From positions 6,560,001 to 6,624,000 of the forward strand of contig OZ240241.1 in the NCBI GenBank assembly GCA_965198115.1: 64,000 nucleotides of DNA, in the 5' to 3' direction. Origin of the DNA: Candidatus Latescibacterota bacterium. GTDB taxonomy: Bacteria; Latescibacterota; UBA2968. This document shows positions 1 through 8,591 of this stretch, one piece after another. The notes beneath the pieces were generated by a model, which saw only the letters and a list, made by a program, of their open reading frames with translations, did not search any database and was not told where the DNA came from. Each line of letters starts with the position of its first letter. Position 1 is the first letter of the stretch. Position numbers and translations under genes: made by a program.

Positions 1-873
1 TATGTAGCCGGGCTGCGTCTAGGTGACCGAATTCTGGCCGTCGAAGGCGCCGCGGTGACACAGTGGGCATCGTTGGCCGAGGCAATCGAAAAGGTCCTTG
101 GGAAGCCGGCGACGTTTCTGGTGGATCGGGACGGTCAGACGCTGACACTCACGACGAGACTGAGCCCCCATCCAGAGGAACTGGGCATCGAGCCGTTCAT
201 TCCCGCAGCCGTGGGCTCGATCTCGTCGGGTTATCCCGCGGAGGCGGTCGGTCTCGAACCGGGCGACCGGATCGCCGGGATCGATGGGACGCGCATCGAC
301 ACGTGGACGCAGATGAGTGCGATCATCTCGTCAAAGCCTGGCGTGCCGATTCAGCTGACGTGGGAGAGGAACGGCGCGGAGATGACTGCCGAGATCGTGC
401 CTCAGGCTGATCAGGTGGGAAGCGAAACGGTCGGTCGCATCGGCATTACGCCTTTGCAGGAGCGCGTACCCGTCGGTTGGGGCGAAGCAGTCACCCGAAG
501 TGGGACAGAGATGGCCATCTATACGACGAGTATCCTCGCGTTCGTCGAACGACTGGTGTCGGGGGAAGGCTCCGGGAGGGACCTGGCCGGACCCGTCGCT
601 ATCGCGAAGCTCGTGGGCGATCGTGCGAAGATCGGGCTCGAACCCCTCCTTAGCTTTATGGCCCTGTTGAGTGTGAACCTCGGGGTGTTGAACCTGCTGC
701 CGATTCCGGTGTTGGACGGGGGACACTTGATGATTATGTCGATCGAGGCGGTCATTCGGCGAGACCTGTCCGTTCGCCAGAAGGAAGTCTTGCAACAGAT
801 GGGGTTCGCGTTCTTGCTCCTGCTGATGATCTACGTGACGGTGAACGATTTGGGGAGGGTGTTTGGGATGTAG
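1..873 (+). CDS. rseP: RIP metalloprotease RseP, 5' partial
   Basis: Frame open from base 1; PDZ domains and the NLLPIPVLDGGH motif of M50 proteases. Confidence 0.93.
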   Translation, partial: YVAGLRLGDRILAVEGAAVTQWASLAEAIEKVLGKPATFLVDRDGQTLTLTTRLSPHPEELGIEPFIPAAVGSISSGYPAEAVGLEPGDRIAGIDGTRIDTWTQMSAIISSKPGVPIQLTWERNGAEMTAEIVPQADQVGSETVGRIGITPLQERVPVGWGEAVTRSGTEMAIYTTSILAFVERLVSGEGSGRDLAGPVAIAKLVGDRAKIGLEPLLSFMALLSVNLGVLNLLPIPVLDGGHLMIMSIEAVIRRDLSVRQKEVLQQMGFAFLLLLMIYVTVNDLGRVFGM

Positions 874-880
874 GGGAGGA

Positions 881-915
881 CGTTGACCGTTTTCCGTTGT
901 CCGTGATCCGTTGAA
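881..915 (+). repeat. Degenerate heptamer array (CGTTnnC x5)
   Basis: cgttgac cgttttc cgttgtc cgtgatc cgttgaa, 7 nt after the rseP stop. Confidence 0.6.
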
Positions 916-917
916 CC

Positions 918-956
918 AGCGCCGGTGCTCCGAGGAGTGTCGGCGTTTCTGATTTT
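918..956 (+). terminator. Rho-independent terminator
   Basis: 13-bp stem 918-930/935-947 with GU pairs, then ttctgatttt. Confidence 0.6.
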
Positions 957-1022
957 AAACGCGGTGGCCGGAGATGCGGTGCTTCGATTCCGACCTTGAC
1001 TTCCGAACACCGTGATGAAGCG

Positions 1023-1379
1023 CTAATCGGAGTCTTTTTTCTGGTGTTCGATGGCTTGCCCTACCCTTACCGCCACCTCCTGCCACATCGCTCGATTTCC
1101 TTGATTCTCCTCCAGCCATTGATTGAGGCGAGCTTCTGTCAGTTCGTGTCGTTCGAGTAGCGCGTGACGTGCCTTCTTGAGGGAGTCCGGAAGGGCTTGT
1201 AGATCACGATTGAGATGGATGGCTTCGACGAGGGCGGAGATGATGCGCCGATCTTCGACGGCGAGTTCTGTGGTCTTTTCGGAACATTGGACCGAGAGAA
1301 GAACCGCAATACTGACCGACCATAACCGGTGAAGTGGCGGATTTTTCCATCTCCACTTGGTTCGAATCTTACAGTACAT
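1023..1379 (-). CDS. Hypothetical helical (lipo)protein, DUF4296-like
   Basis: Hydrophobic stretch ending LSVQC, helical C-terminus; start uncertain. Confidence 0.55.
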   Translation of the reverse strand: MYCKIRTKWRWKNPPLHRLWSVSIAVLLSVQCSEKTTELAVEDRRIISALVEAIHLNRDLQALPDSLKKARHALLERHELTEARLNQWLEENQGNRAMWQEVAVRVGQAIEHQKKDSD

Positions 1380-1449
1380 AATTGCTGCTCAAAAGAGCAC
1401 TACCTTGTTTTTTTTATGAAGATATGGGCAGTTTTTTTGACATTTTCGC

Positions 1450-1478
1450 TTGACACGCCACAGGTCAGGCATTATTCT
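1450..1478 (+). promoter_or_regulatory. Sigma70 promoter of the dcw operon
   Basis: TTGACA (1450-1455), 17-bp spacer, TATTCT (1473-1478). Confidence 0.75.
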
Positions 1479-1480
1479 TG

Positions 1481-1506
1481 GTGGTGAATAGTGGTGGAAA
1501 GTGGAG
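1481..1506 (+). promoter_or_regulatory. MraZ operator
   Basis: GTGG at 1481, 1491 and 1501 with 10-bp periodicity, upstream of mraZ. Confidence 0.85.
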
Positions 1507-1579
1507 TGTTTTGAATCGAATCGAAGTAACTAACTGGAAGCAAAGCAGTTAGTGATATCGCATCTCCCCAGGATATCGA

Positions 1580-2029
1580 ATGCCCGACGAAACTCCCCAA
1601 TTCATCGGCGAATACGAAGACGTGCCGGTCGATGTCAAAGGCCGGCTCATTTTCCCTTCAGCCTTCCGTAAGGCGCTCCCGATGGGCGTGAATACCTTCG
1701 TTGTCGCCCGTTGGTTCGATGGCTGCCTGGGTGCCTATGACCCGGTCGGCTGGAAGCGCGTGCTGCAGAAACTGCAGGGCTTGAGTGGCGCGAAGCGTGA
1801 TACGCGGCAGCTCATCCGGGCCGTGGCAGGTCGGGCGACAGAAGTGCGGCTCGATAGCCAGGGCCGTGTTCTTATCCCCCGAAAACAACTTGAAATGGCA
1901 GGGATCACGGATCGAGCCACTCTGCTCGGCGTGATCGACCGGGTCGAGATCTGGTGTCCCGAGACCTATCGGCAGCGCGCCGACGAGGTGGATCTCGAGG
2001 GGATCGCAGAGGAACTCGACTGGATCTGA
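1580..2029 (+). CDS. mraZ: Transcriptional repressor MraZ
   Basis: Two DxxGR motifs (DVKGR, DSQGR); first gene of the dcw cluster. Confidence 0.96.
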   Translation: MPDETPQFIGEYEDVPVDVKGRLIFPSAFRKALPMGVNTFVVARWFDGCLGAYDPVGWKRVLQKLQGLSGAKRDTRQLIRAVAGRATEVRLDSQGRVLIPRKQLEMAGITDRATLLGVIDRVEIWCPETYRQRADEVDLEGIAEELDWI

Positions 2030-2158
2030 CCTGAGCCCACGCCGCTCCGTGCGTCGTGGGTGATTATAGGCATTCTGCCCGACGGCGTCTAAAGGTGGTC
2101 CCGGCGTCGGCGGGGCCCCGACGCGAGAGTGGTAGGGGCCGATGCTCGAGGGGGCCCG

Positions 2159-3097
2159 ATGAGCATCGACGAAACCGGGTATCACGAACCGGTTCTGGGA
2201 CCAGAAGTTGTTTCGTTCCTGAGTGTCGTGTCGGACGGGTGGTTGATCGACGCGACGGTTGGAGGGGGCGGTCATTCAGAGTTGATGTTGGAGGCCTTGC
2301 CCGGGGTGAAGGTGCTGGGGCTGGACCGGGATCCCGTTGCGATCGAAGCGTCGACGCGGCGGCTCTCGAAGTTCGGTGACCGTGTCCGATTGGTCACATC
2401 GCCGTTCAGCAGGATCGACGGAGTCATCGTGACGACGGGCGTTTCGGAGGTTCGTGGCGTCCTGTTCGATCTGGGGGTTTCGTCCCGTCAGATCGACGAT
2501 CCCGAACGTGGATTCAGCTACAGCCAAGATGGCCCGCTGGATATGCGTATGGGTCCGGATGCGACGACCTCGGCTGAAGAGGTCGTGAACACGTTCAGCG
2601 AGAAGGACCTCGCTCGAATTCTTCGATCGTACGGTGAGGAGCGGAAGGCACGACAAATCGCCCGGGCCATCTGCACGGCTCGAGCCACGGAGCGAATCCG
2701 GACGACGGGTGTGCTCGCGGGTCTTGTCGCTCAGGTGGTCCCGAAGCCGCATACGACGAAGTCCCTGGCCCGGGTTTTCCAGGCGATTCGGATCGAGGTC
2801 AACGGGGAGCTCGACCAACTGACGGTGTCGCTCGATTCGGCCATCGATTCACTCACGCCGGGCGGTCGTCTGGCTGTGCTGACGTATCACTCTCTGGAAG
2901 ATCGTGTCGTGAAACAGACGATGCGTGGAACGGTCGAGGATCGTCCGCCACCCGGTTTTCCGGTCGATGTGGGTTCCCGAGTCCGTCTGCGAGAAATCAA
3001 CCCGAGAGGGACGACGGCCTCAGCAGCGGAAACGAGCCGGAACCCGAGGGCTCGGAGCGCACGACTCAGGGTGGGAGAACGGCTCCCGACGACGTGA
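2159..3097 (+). CDS. rsmH: 16S rRNA m4C1402 methyltransferase
   Basis: HEPVL, DATVGGGGHS, DLGVSS, YHSLED, NPRARSARLR. Confidence 0.96.
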   Translation: MSIDETGYHEPVLGPEVVSFLSVVSDGWLIDATVGGGGHSELMLEALPGVKVLGLDRDPVAIEASTRRLSKFGDRVRLVTSPFSRIDGVIVTTGVSEVRGVLFDLGVSSRQIDDPERGFSYSQDGPLDMRMGPDATTSAEEVVNTFSEKDLARILRSYGEERKARQIARAICTARATERIRTTGVLAGLVAQVVPKPHTTKSLARVFQAIRIEVNGELDQLTVSLDSAIDSLTPGGRLAVLTYHSLEDRVVKQTMRGTVEDRPPPGFPVDVGSRVRLREINPRGTTASAAETSRNPRARSARLRVGERLPTT

Positions 3098-3121
3098 GGC
3101 AGAGACAATGAAGGACGGGCT

Positions 3122-3448
3122 ATGGCGATCGGCCGATCGATCTCGTATCGATGGTATTTTCTGTCACTCGTTCTTCTGGTTGCCGGTCTTCTGCTTTACG
3201 TCTGGTGCCACGTGACGACCCTTTCGCAGGGCGAGCGCATCACGGACCTGGTGGATGAACGAACGGCACTGCTCAGGACACAAGACTTGTTGAGAGCCGA
3301 AGTCACGGGTCTGGGGCGGAGCAGCCGTATACGGGAAATCGCGATGCTCGAGCTGGGGATGCGATTCCCGAACGAACAACCGAACAATCTTTACCTTGCG
3401 CCGAACGTGTCGGCCCCGGAGGGTGCCGGGTTCAGTGCCGCGCGTTGA
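3122..3448 (+). CDS. ftsL: Cell division protein FtsL
   Basis: Single TM plus coiled coil, RIREIA..ELGM, between rsmH and ftsI. Confidence 0.85.
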   Translation: MAIGRSISYRWYFLSLVLLVAGLLLYVWCHVTTLSQGERITDLVDERTALLRTQDLLRAEVTGLGRSSRIREIAMLELGMRFPNEQPNNLYLAPNVSAPEGAGFSAAR

Positions 3449-5468
3449 CGACAGGCACATTTCGCGACAGAAGGCGATCGGCGTGGTGGGTCTTCTTTTC
3501 GCGCTGGGCATCGGGATCCGGCTGGTCGTCGTCCAGTATCTGGCGAACGATGCTTACACCGATCGGGCGGAAAGTCAGCACGTAAGGGACACGCCGGTCC
3601 GGGCGCGACGAGGGCAGATCCTCGATCGGAATAAACGGGTTCTCGCGACGACACTCGAGTCGCAATCGTTCTTTGTCAACCACATATCGGATGCCGATAC
3701 ACGTCGTGCCATTGCGGTGCGTTTCAGCCGCGAGGCCGGCAAGTCCACGAGTCGGATGATGCAAAAGCTGGACGGCGAACGATCGTTCGTCTGGCTCGCG
3801 CGCAAGATGGTGGATGGTCCCGACCTCGACGATCTCCCCGATGGTGTGGGTCACGTCGTGGAGATGCGACGAAGTTACCCGATGGCGACAGTGGCGAGTC
3901 AATTGATCGGCTACACGGATGTCGACAACGTGGGTATCGAAGGTGTGGAGCGATCGTTCGATCCACTTCTCCGAGGACATACCGGCGAGATTTCATCGCG
4001 TGTCGACGCCCTCGGCAGGGCGATCGGGGACTTCGGTGTCGTCAAACTGATGCCGGAGGATGGGGCGGATCTCGTGCTCACGATCGACGCGGATTACCAG
4101 TCGATCGCCGAGGAGGAGCTGGAAGCAGCCGTTGCCCATTTCGAGGCAGAGAGCGGAATCGCCATCGTTTCTGACCCCGCTACGGGAGAGATTCTCGCGA
4201 TGGCCAACGTTCCTCTCTACGATCCGAACAGTTTTGGCCGATTCCCAGCGGGCGTTCGGAGGAATCGAGCGGTCACGGATATCTTTGAACCGGGCTCGAC
4301 GTTCAAGATCGTGGCGGTTGCCGGAGCGCTCGAAGAGGGAAACCTCTCGGCCACGGACAGTGTCTTTTGCGAGAACGGCAGGCTGGAGATCGGAGGGGGC
4401 GTGATTCGCGATACGCATCCTTCGGGATGGCTCTCGGTGGGCGAGGTGATAGAGGAATCGAGTAATGTCGGAACGATCAAGATCGCTCGAACCCTCGGCC
4501 CTGGTGGTCTGTTTCGATACGCACGACTGTTCGGGTTCGGCAGCGTGACGGGAGCCGGATTGCCGGGTGAGGTTTCAGGAACGCTTCGCCATCCCGCCAA
4601 TTGGTCGGGCCGGTCGCTCGAGACGATTGCGATCGGACAGGAAATCGGGTCCACGGCGCTCCAGGTCGTCTCGGCCTACGCCGCGATCGCCAATGGAGGT
4701 TACCTGCTCGCTCCCCACATCTACCGGTATGGGGAACGGGGACGATCCAGAATGATCGAAGCGGGAACGGATACGATAAGACGCGTCGTGTCGGTCGAAA
4801 CGGCGGAGACGGTGCGCGGCTTTCTCGAAAGCGTGGTTGCCCGGGGCACCGGTTCCCGGGCCGCAGTTCCGGGTTACCGCGTAGCCGGAAAGACGGGTAC
4901 GGCGCAAAAGGCCTATGTCGATCGTCCCGGTTACGATCCGGATCGATACATCTCGTCCTTTATCGGGTTCCTCCCAGTAGAAGCACCCGAGCTCCTCTGT
5001 CTGGTCGTGGTCGACAGTCCGCGAAAAAACCACCTGGGGAGCCGGGTCGCAGCACCCGTATTCAGCCGAATCGTGCAGAGGATCCTGAGTCGTCGAGGTA
5101 CGCTGGTTCGCCACAGGGCCCGGCTCGCCGCGGTTCAGTCAGAAGTCGGCTGGACCCAGAACCACCGAGAAGCCCGGGTTGCTCCGTCGACGGAGTCGAT
5201 TCCCTATCGTGAGGTCGACGCGTTGCCCATCGAGTCGGAAGCAGCCGGTTTGAGAATGCCCGACGTGATGGGGGCGCCTCTGCGAAGAGCGGTGTCCGAA
5301 CTGACGCGGGCAGGGTTTCGGGTCAAGGCGACGGGGACCGGACGGGTCATTCGACAGATTCCCGTTTCCGGTTCGGTCGTCCGGCCGGGTACGGTCACGC
5401 GGGTCACCTGTCGGACGACGTTGAGCTTCGAGAATAGAGAATCGAATAGTGAGAAACGTAGAATGTGA
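3435..5468 (+). CDS. ftsI: Class B penicillin-binding protein (FtsI/PBP3) with C-terminal PASTA domain
   Basis: STFK, SSN and KTG motifs; MPDVMG PASTA; GTG start at 3435 inferred. Confidence 0.93.
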   Translation: MPRVDDRHISRQKAIGVVGLLFALGIGIRLVVVQYLANDAYTDRAESQHVRDTPVRARRGQILDRNKRVLATTLESQSFFVNHISDADTRRAIAVRFSREAGKSTSRMMQKLDGERSFVWLARKMVDGPDLDDLPDGVGHVVEMRRSYPMATVASQLIGYTDVDNVGIEGVERSFDPLLRGHTGEISSRVDALGRAIGDFGVVKLMPEDGADLVLTIDADYQSIAEEELEAAVAHFEAESGIAIVSDPATGEILAMANVPLYDPNSFGRFPAGVRRNRAVTDIFEPGSTFKIVAVAGALEEGNLSATDSVFCENGRLEIGGGVIRDTHPSGWLSVGEVIEESSNVGTIKIARTLGPGGLFRYARLFGFGSVTGAGLPGEVSGTLRHPANWSGRSLETIAIGQEIGSTALQVVSAYAAIANGGYLLAPHIYRYGERGRSRMIEAGTDTIRRVVSVETAETVRGFLESVVARGTGSRAAVPGYRVAGKTGTAQKAYVDRPGYDPDRYISSFIGFLPVEAPELLCLVVVDSPRKNHLGSRVAAPVFSRIVQRILSRRGTLVRHRARLAAVQSEVGWTQNHREARVAPSTESIPYREVDALPIESEAAGLRMPDVMGAPLRRAVSELTRAGFRVKATGTGRVIRQIPVSGSVVRPGTVTRVTCRTTLSFENRESNSEKRRM

Positions 5469-5472
5469 AGTA
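5431..5472 (+). repeat. Degenerate heptamer array overlapping the ftsI 3' end
   Basis: agaatag agaatcg aatagtg agaaacg tagaatg tgaagta. Confidence 0.5.
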
Positions 5473-5478
5473 TAGGCG

Positions 5479-6933
5479 ATGGCAGGCTTGAGCGATTTGC
5501 TCGCCGCCGTCGATGTGGTCGACGTGGCCGGCGATACGGGCGTCGCGATCGGGGGTCTGTCGATCGACTCTCGGACGGTGAAACCCGGCGATCTGTTCGT
5601 GGCTTTGCGGGGTGGACAGCTCGAGGATCGCCACGCGTTCGTGGATGCGGCCGTGGAAGCAGGAGCAGTCGCGGTGGTTGTCGAAGATGCGGTCGAGGTG
5701 GCCGTTCCGGTGGTCAGGGTGAAATCGACCCCGACGGCCCTTGCCGGTCTTGCGAACGGATTTTACGATCACCCGCACCGTTCCCTACGGATGGTAGGGG
5801 TGACGGGCACGAACGGCAAGACGACGACGACGTATCTGATCCGTGCGATGCTCGAGGCACACGGGCTTTCGACAGGCCTGATCGGTACGATCGAGTATCG
5901 AATCGGCAAACGATGTGTGGCGTCGGACAACACGACGCCGGAGGCTCACCAGCTCCAGGCCTTGCTGCGGGAGATGGTGGACAGCGGAAATCAGGCCGCG
6001 GTGATGGAGGTTTCCTCACACGGGCTGAGCCTGGAACGGGTTCGCGGGATCGAATTCGAGCAGGCGGTTTTCACGAACCTGACCCGCGACCATCTGGACT
6101 ATCACTCGTCCTACGAAGCTTATGCGGCCGCGAAGGCCTCGCTCTTTGACAACCTAGATCCTGATGCACACGCCATCGTCAACGCGGACGATGACACGGC
6201 GGTGCGAATACTCCAGAACTGCGACGCGACCGTGTTGACCTACGGCGCGGCGGAGGATGCGGGTATCCGTATCGTGGGTGGCGAGAGCAGTTTCCGCGGG
6301 TCGACGGTGGCGCTGGAAACACCAGAAGGACCGGTAACGCTGACCCTCGCCCTGACGGGGGCCTTCAACCGATACAACGCGGCCGCGGCAGTGGCTGTCG
6401 GACTGCGAATGGGTATCGGTTTGACGGACATCGCTGAATCGCTCAAGGACGTTCGCGTCCCCGGTCGGTTCGAGCTCGTCGATGAAGGACAGTCGTTCGG
6501 TGTGTTCGTGGATTACGCGCACACGACGGATGGGCTTGTCAACGCTCTCCGGGCAGGACGGATGTTGACGGACAAGCGGCTGATTTCGGTGTTTGGCTGC
6601 GGGGGCGACCGTGACGCGGGCAAGCGACCGGAGATGGGCCGCGTGTCTGCCGAGATTGCCGACGTGAGTGTGGTGACCTCGGACAATCCGAGGTCCGAAG
6701 ACCCCGCAGCGATCGTCCGTGATATCCTTCCCGGCGTCGGCGATGCTACGTACCTCGTGGAGGTGGACCGACGGACGGCGATCGGTCGAGCCATCGAACT
6801 GGCCGAGCCGGGTGACCTTGTTGTGATCGCGGGAAAGGGTCACGAGGATTATCAGGTGATCGGTGAGGAAACGATTCATTTCGATGACCGGGAAGAAGCG
6901 CGCCGCGCGCTGCGCGCGCGGATTGAAGAATAG
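5479..6933 (+). CDS. murE: UDP-MurNAc-tripeptide ligase (mDAP type)
   Basis: GTNGKTT, DYAHT, DNPR, GKGHE. Confidence 0.97.
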   Translation: MAGLSDLLAAVDVVDVAGDTGVAIGGLSIDSRTVKPGDLFVALRGGQLEDRHAFVDAAVEAGAVAVVVEDAVEVAVPVVRVKSTPTALAGLANGFYDHPHRSLRMVGVTGTNGKTTTTYLIRAMLEAHGLSTGLIGTIEYRIGKRCVASDNTTPEAHQLQALLREMVDSGNQAAVMEVSSHGLSLERVRGIEFEQAVFTNLTRDHLDYHSSYEAYAAAKASLFDNLDPDAHAIVNADDDTAVRILQNCDATVLTYGAAEDAGIRIVGGESSFRGSTVALETPEGPVTLTLALTGAFNRYNAAAAVAVGLRMGIGLTDIAESLKDVRVPGRFELVDEGQSFGVFVDYAHTTDGLVNALRAGRMLTDKRLISVFGCGGDRDAGKRPEMGRVSAEIADVSVVTSDNPRSEDPAAIVRDILPGVGDATYLVEVDRRTAIGRAIELAEPGDLVVIAGKGHEDYQVIGEETIHFDDREEARRALRARIEE

Positions 6934-6987
6934 GAAAATGAAAATTTCAGATTTGAGATCGACAATGGGCTTCGCCGTGCTTGTCTG

Positions 6988-8364
6988 ATGGAAGAGGTGA
7001 CGCTCAAGGTTGCGGCAGAGGCGATGGAAGGAGAACTGGTTGCCGATGATCCCGATGCTCCAGTGGCAGGCGGGGCGATCGACAGCCGCGAAGTCGAACC
7101 GGGTGATCTGTTCTTTGCCCTTGGTGGGGACCAGACAGACGGTCATCGTTTTGTCGACCCGGCTCTGAATGCCGGTGCGAGCGCGGCCGTCGTGTCACGC
7201 GGCTGGTTCGATTCGGAAGAGCCAGCGAGGAGAGCGCTGATCGTGGTTGACGCGCCAGATCTGGCGATGGGCGATCTGGCTCGATTCTATCGCGGGCGAT
7301 TCGACCTTCCCGTCGTCGCGATCACGGGAAGTAACGGCAAGACAACGACGAAGGATATGGCGGCGGCGGTTCTGTCGACGCGGTATGAAGTTCTGGCGAC
7401 CGAAGGCAATCTGAACACGCGGTTGGGTGTTCCGATGACGTTGTTCAGGCTGACAGCCTCTCACGAGGTCGCCGTGATCGAGATGGGGATCAGCGAGCAC
7501 GACGGGTTGACCTATCTATGCGAGATCGCTGATCCGACGATCGGCGTGATTACGAACATCGGTCCGACACACTTGGAGTTTTTAGGCTCTGTAGAGGGAG
7601 TGGCGCAGGCCAAAGGGGAACTCCTGGAGTATCTGGACGAGTCTTCAATGGCAATTCTAAATTTCGATGACCTGTACTTGCCCAAGGAGAGAGCAAAGGG
7701 GAGACTCCTTGGCTTTGGCATTGATGAGACTTGTCAGTTTCGTGGGGAGGGACTCGTCCTAGACCAGGAGGGCTGCGTTTGCTTCTCTCTACAGGGCCGT
7801 AATTTTTCGCTGTCGCTACCCGGACGGCACAATGTCTACAATGCACTGGCTGCGACGGCCGTGGGCGCGGCGCTCGAGGTTCCGCTCGATGCTGCCGCTG
7901 CTGCGCTGAAGACGTTCGTGCCGACGAGACTCCGGAGCCAGCTGACGCGACACGACGATATCCGGCTGCTGAACGATAGCTACAATGCCAATCCGGCTTC
8001 GATGCGCGCAGCGTTGACGACACTGGCAGAGCTCGAGCCGGAACAAGGGGGACGCCGGGTTGCCGTGCTCGGGGATATGCTCGAGCTGGGCGAGACGGAG
8101 ATCGGAGCGCACCAGGATCTGGGTCGAGACGCCGCCGTAGCGGGCGTGGACGTGATGTATGCCTTCGGCTCGCTGGCGGAGACGGTGGCGGCCGCCGCGG
8201 TCGAAGCCGGGATGGCTGCGGATCGGGTTGTGGCATTCGAAGACAAGGGGCAGCTGGTTGATTCCCTGAGATCCTTGCTGAAGCCAGGAGACGTCGTATT
8301 GGTCAAAGGTTCAAGAGGCGTTGCTCTTGAGGAAGTTGTTGAAATTTTAGGATTTATGTCCTAA
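6988..8364 (+). CDS. murF: UDP-MurNAc-pentapeptide ligase
   Basis: GSNGKTT, DSYNANP, LGDMLELG, KGSR. Confidence 0.97.
   Translation: MEEVTLKVAAEAMEGELVADDPDAPVAGGAIDSREVEPGDLFFALGGDQTDGHRFVDPALNAGASAAVVSRGWFDSEEPARRALIVVDAPDLAMGDLARFYRGRFDLPVVAITGSNGKTTTKDMAAAVLSTRYEVLATEGNLNTRLGVPMTLFRLTASHEVAVIEMGISEHDGLTYLCEIADPTIGVITNIGPTHLEFLGSVEGVAQAKGELLEYLDESSMAILNFDDLYLPKERAKGRLLGFGIDETCQFRGEGLVLDQEGCVCFSLQGRNFSLSLPGRHNVYNALAATAVGAALEVPLDAAAAALKTFVPTRLRSQLTRHDDIRLLNDSYNANPASMRAALTTLAELEPEQGGRRVAVLGDMLELGETEIGAHQDLGRDAAVAGVDVMYAFGSLAETVAAAAVEAGMAADRVVAFEDKGQLVDSLRSLLKPGDVVLVKGSRGVALEEVVEILGFMS
7585..7798 (+). other. Putative structured RNA embedded in the murF CDS
   Basis: Nested stems 7585-7608/7773-7798, 7621-7627/7764-7770, 7635-7643/7751-7759, 7682-7689/7705-7712; atypical codons. 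Confidence 0.55.
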
Positions 8365-8368
8365 AATC

Positions 8369-8465
8369 CCGAACACCGAACACCGAACACCGAACACCGA
8401 ACACCGAACACCGAACACCGAACACCGAACACCGAACACCGAACACCGAACACCGAACACCGAAC
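8369..8465 (+). repeat. Perfect heptamer tandem repeat (GAACACC)13
   Basis: 13 exact units at 8371-8461 plus partial flanks. Confidence 0.98.
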
Positions 8466-8591
8466 CATTGCGCTGTCGTCGGCCCCCACCGGTGACACGC
8501 TGACTGCCAGACCGTGACCTGGGTTTGGCTTCCCCCACCCTCCAATCCCCCCCACGCTTTCTCCCCCACCCCCTTTGATATTACGGATGTC

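Noticed and set aside
2035-2125. ncRNA between mraZ and rsmH
   Set aside because: Two GC-rich hairpins only, expected by chance at this GC content
7585-7798. 6S RNA or glycine riboswitch
   Set aside because: Lies in a sense CDS; no large central bubble or glycine-aptamer consensus recognised, so left as an unnamed structure
8369-8465. CRISPR array
   Set aside because: Spacer-less 7-bp microsatellite; no cas genes in the window
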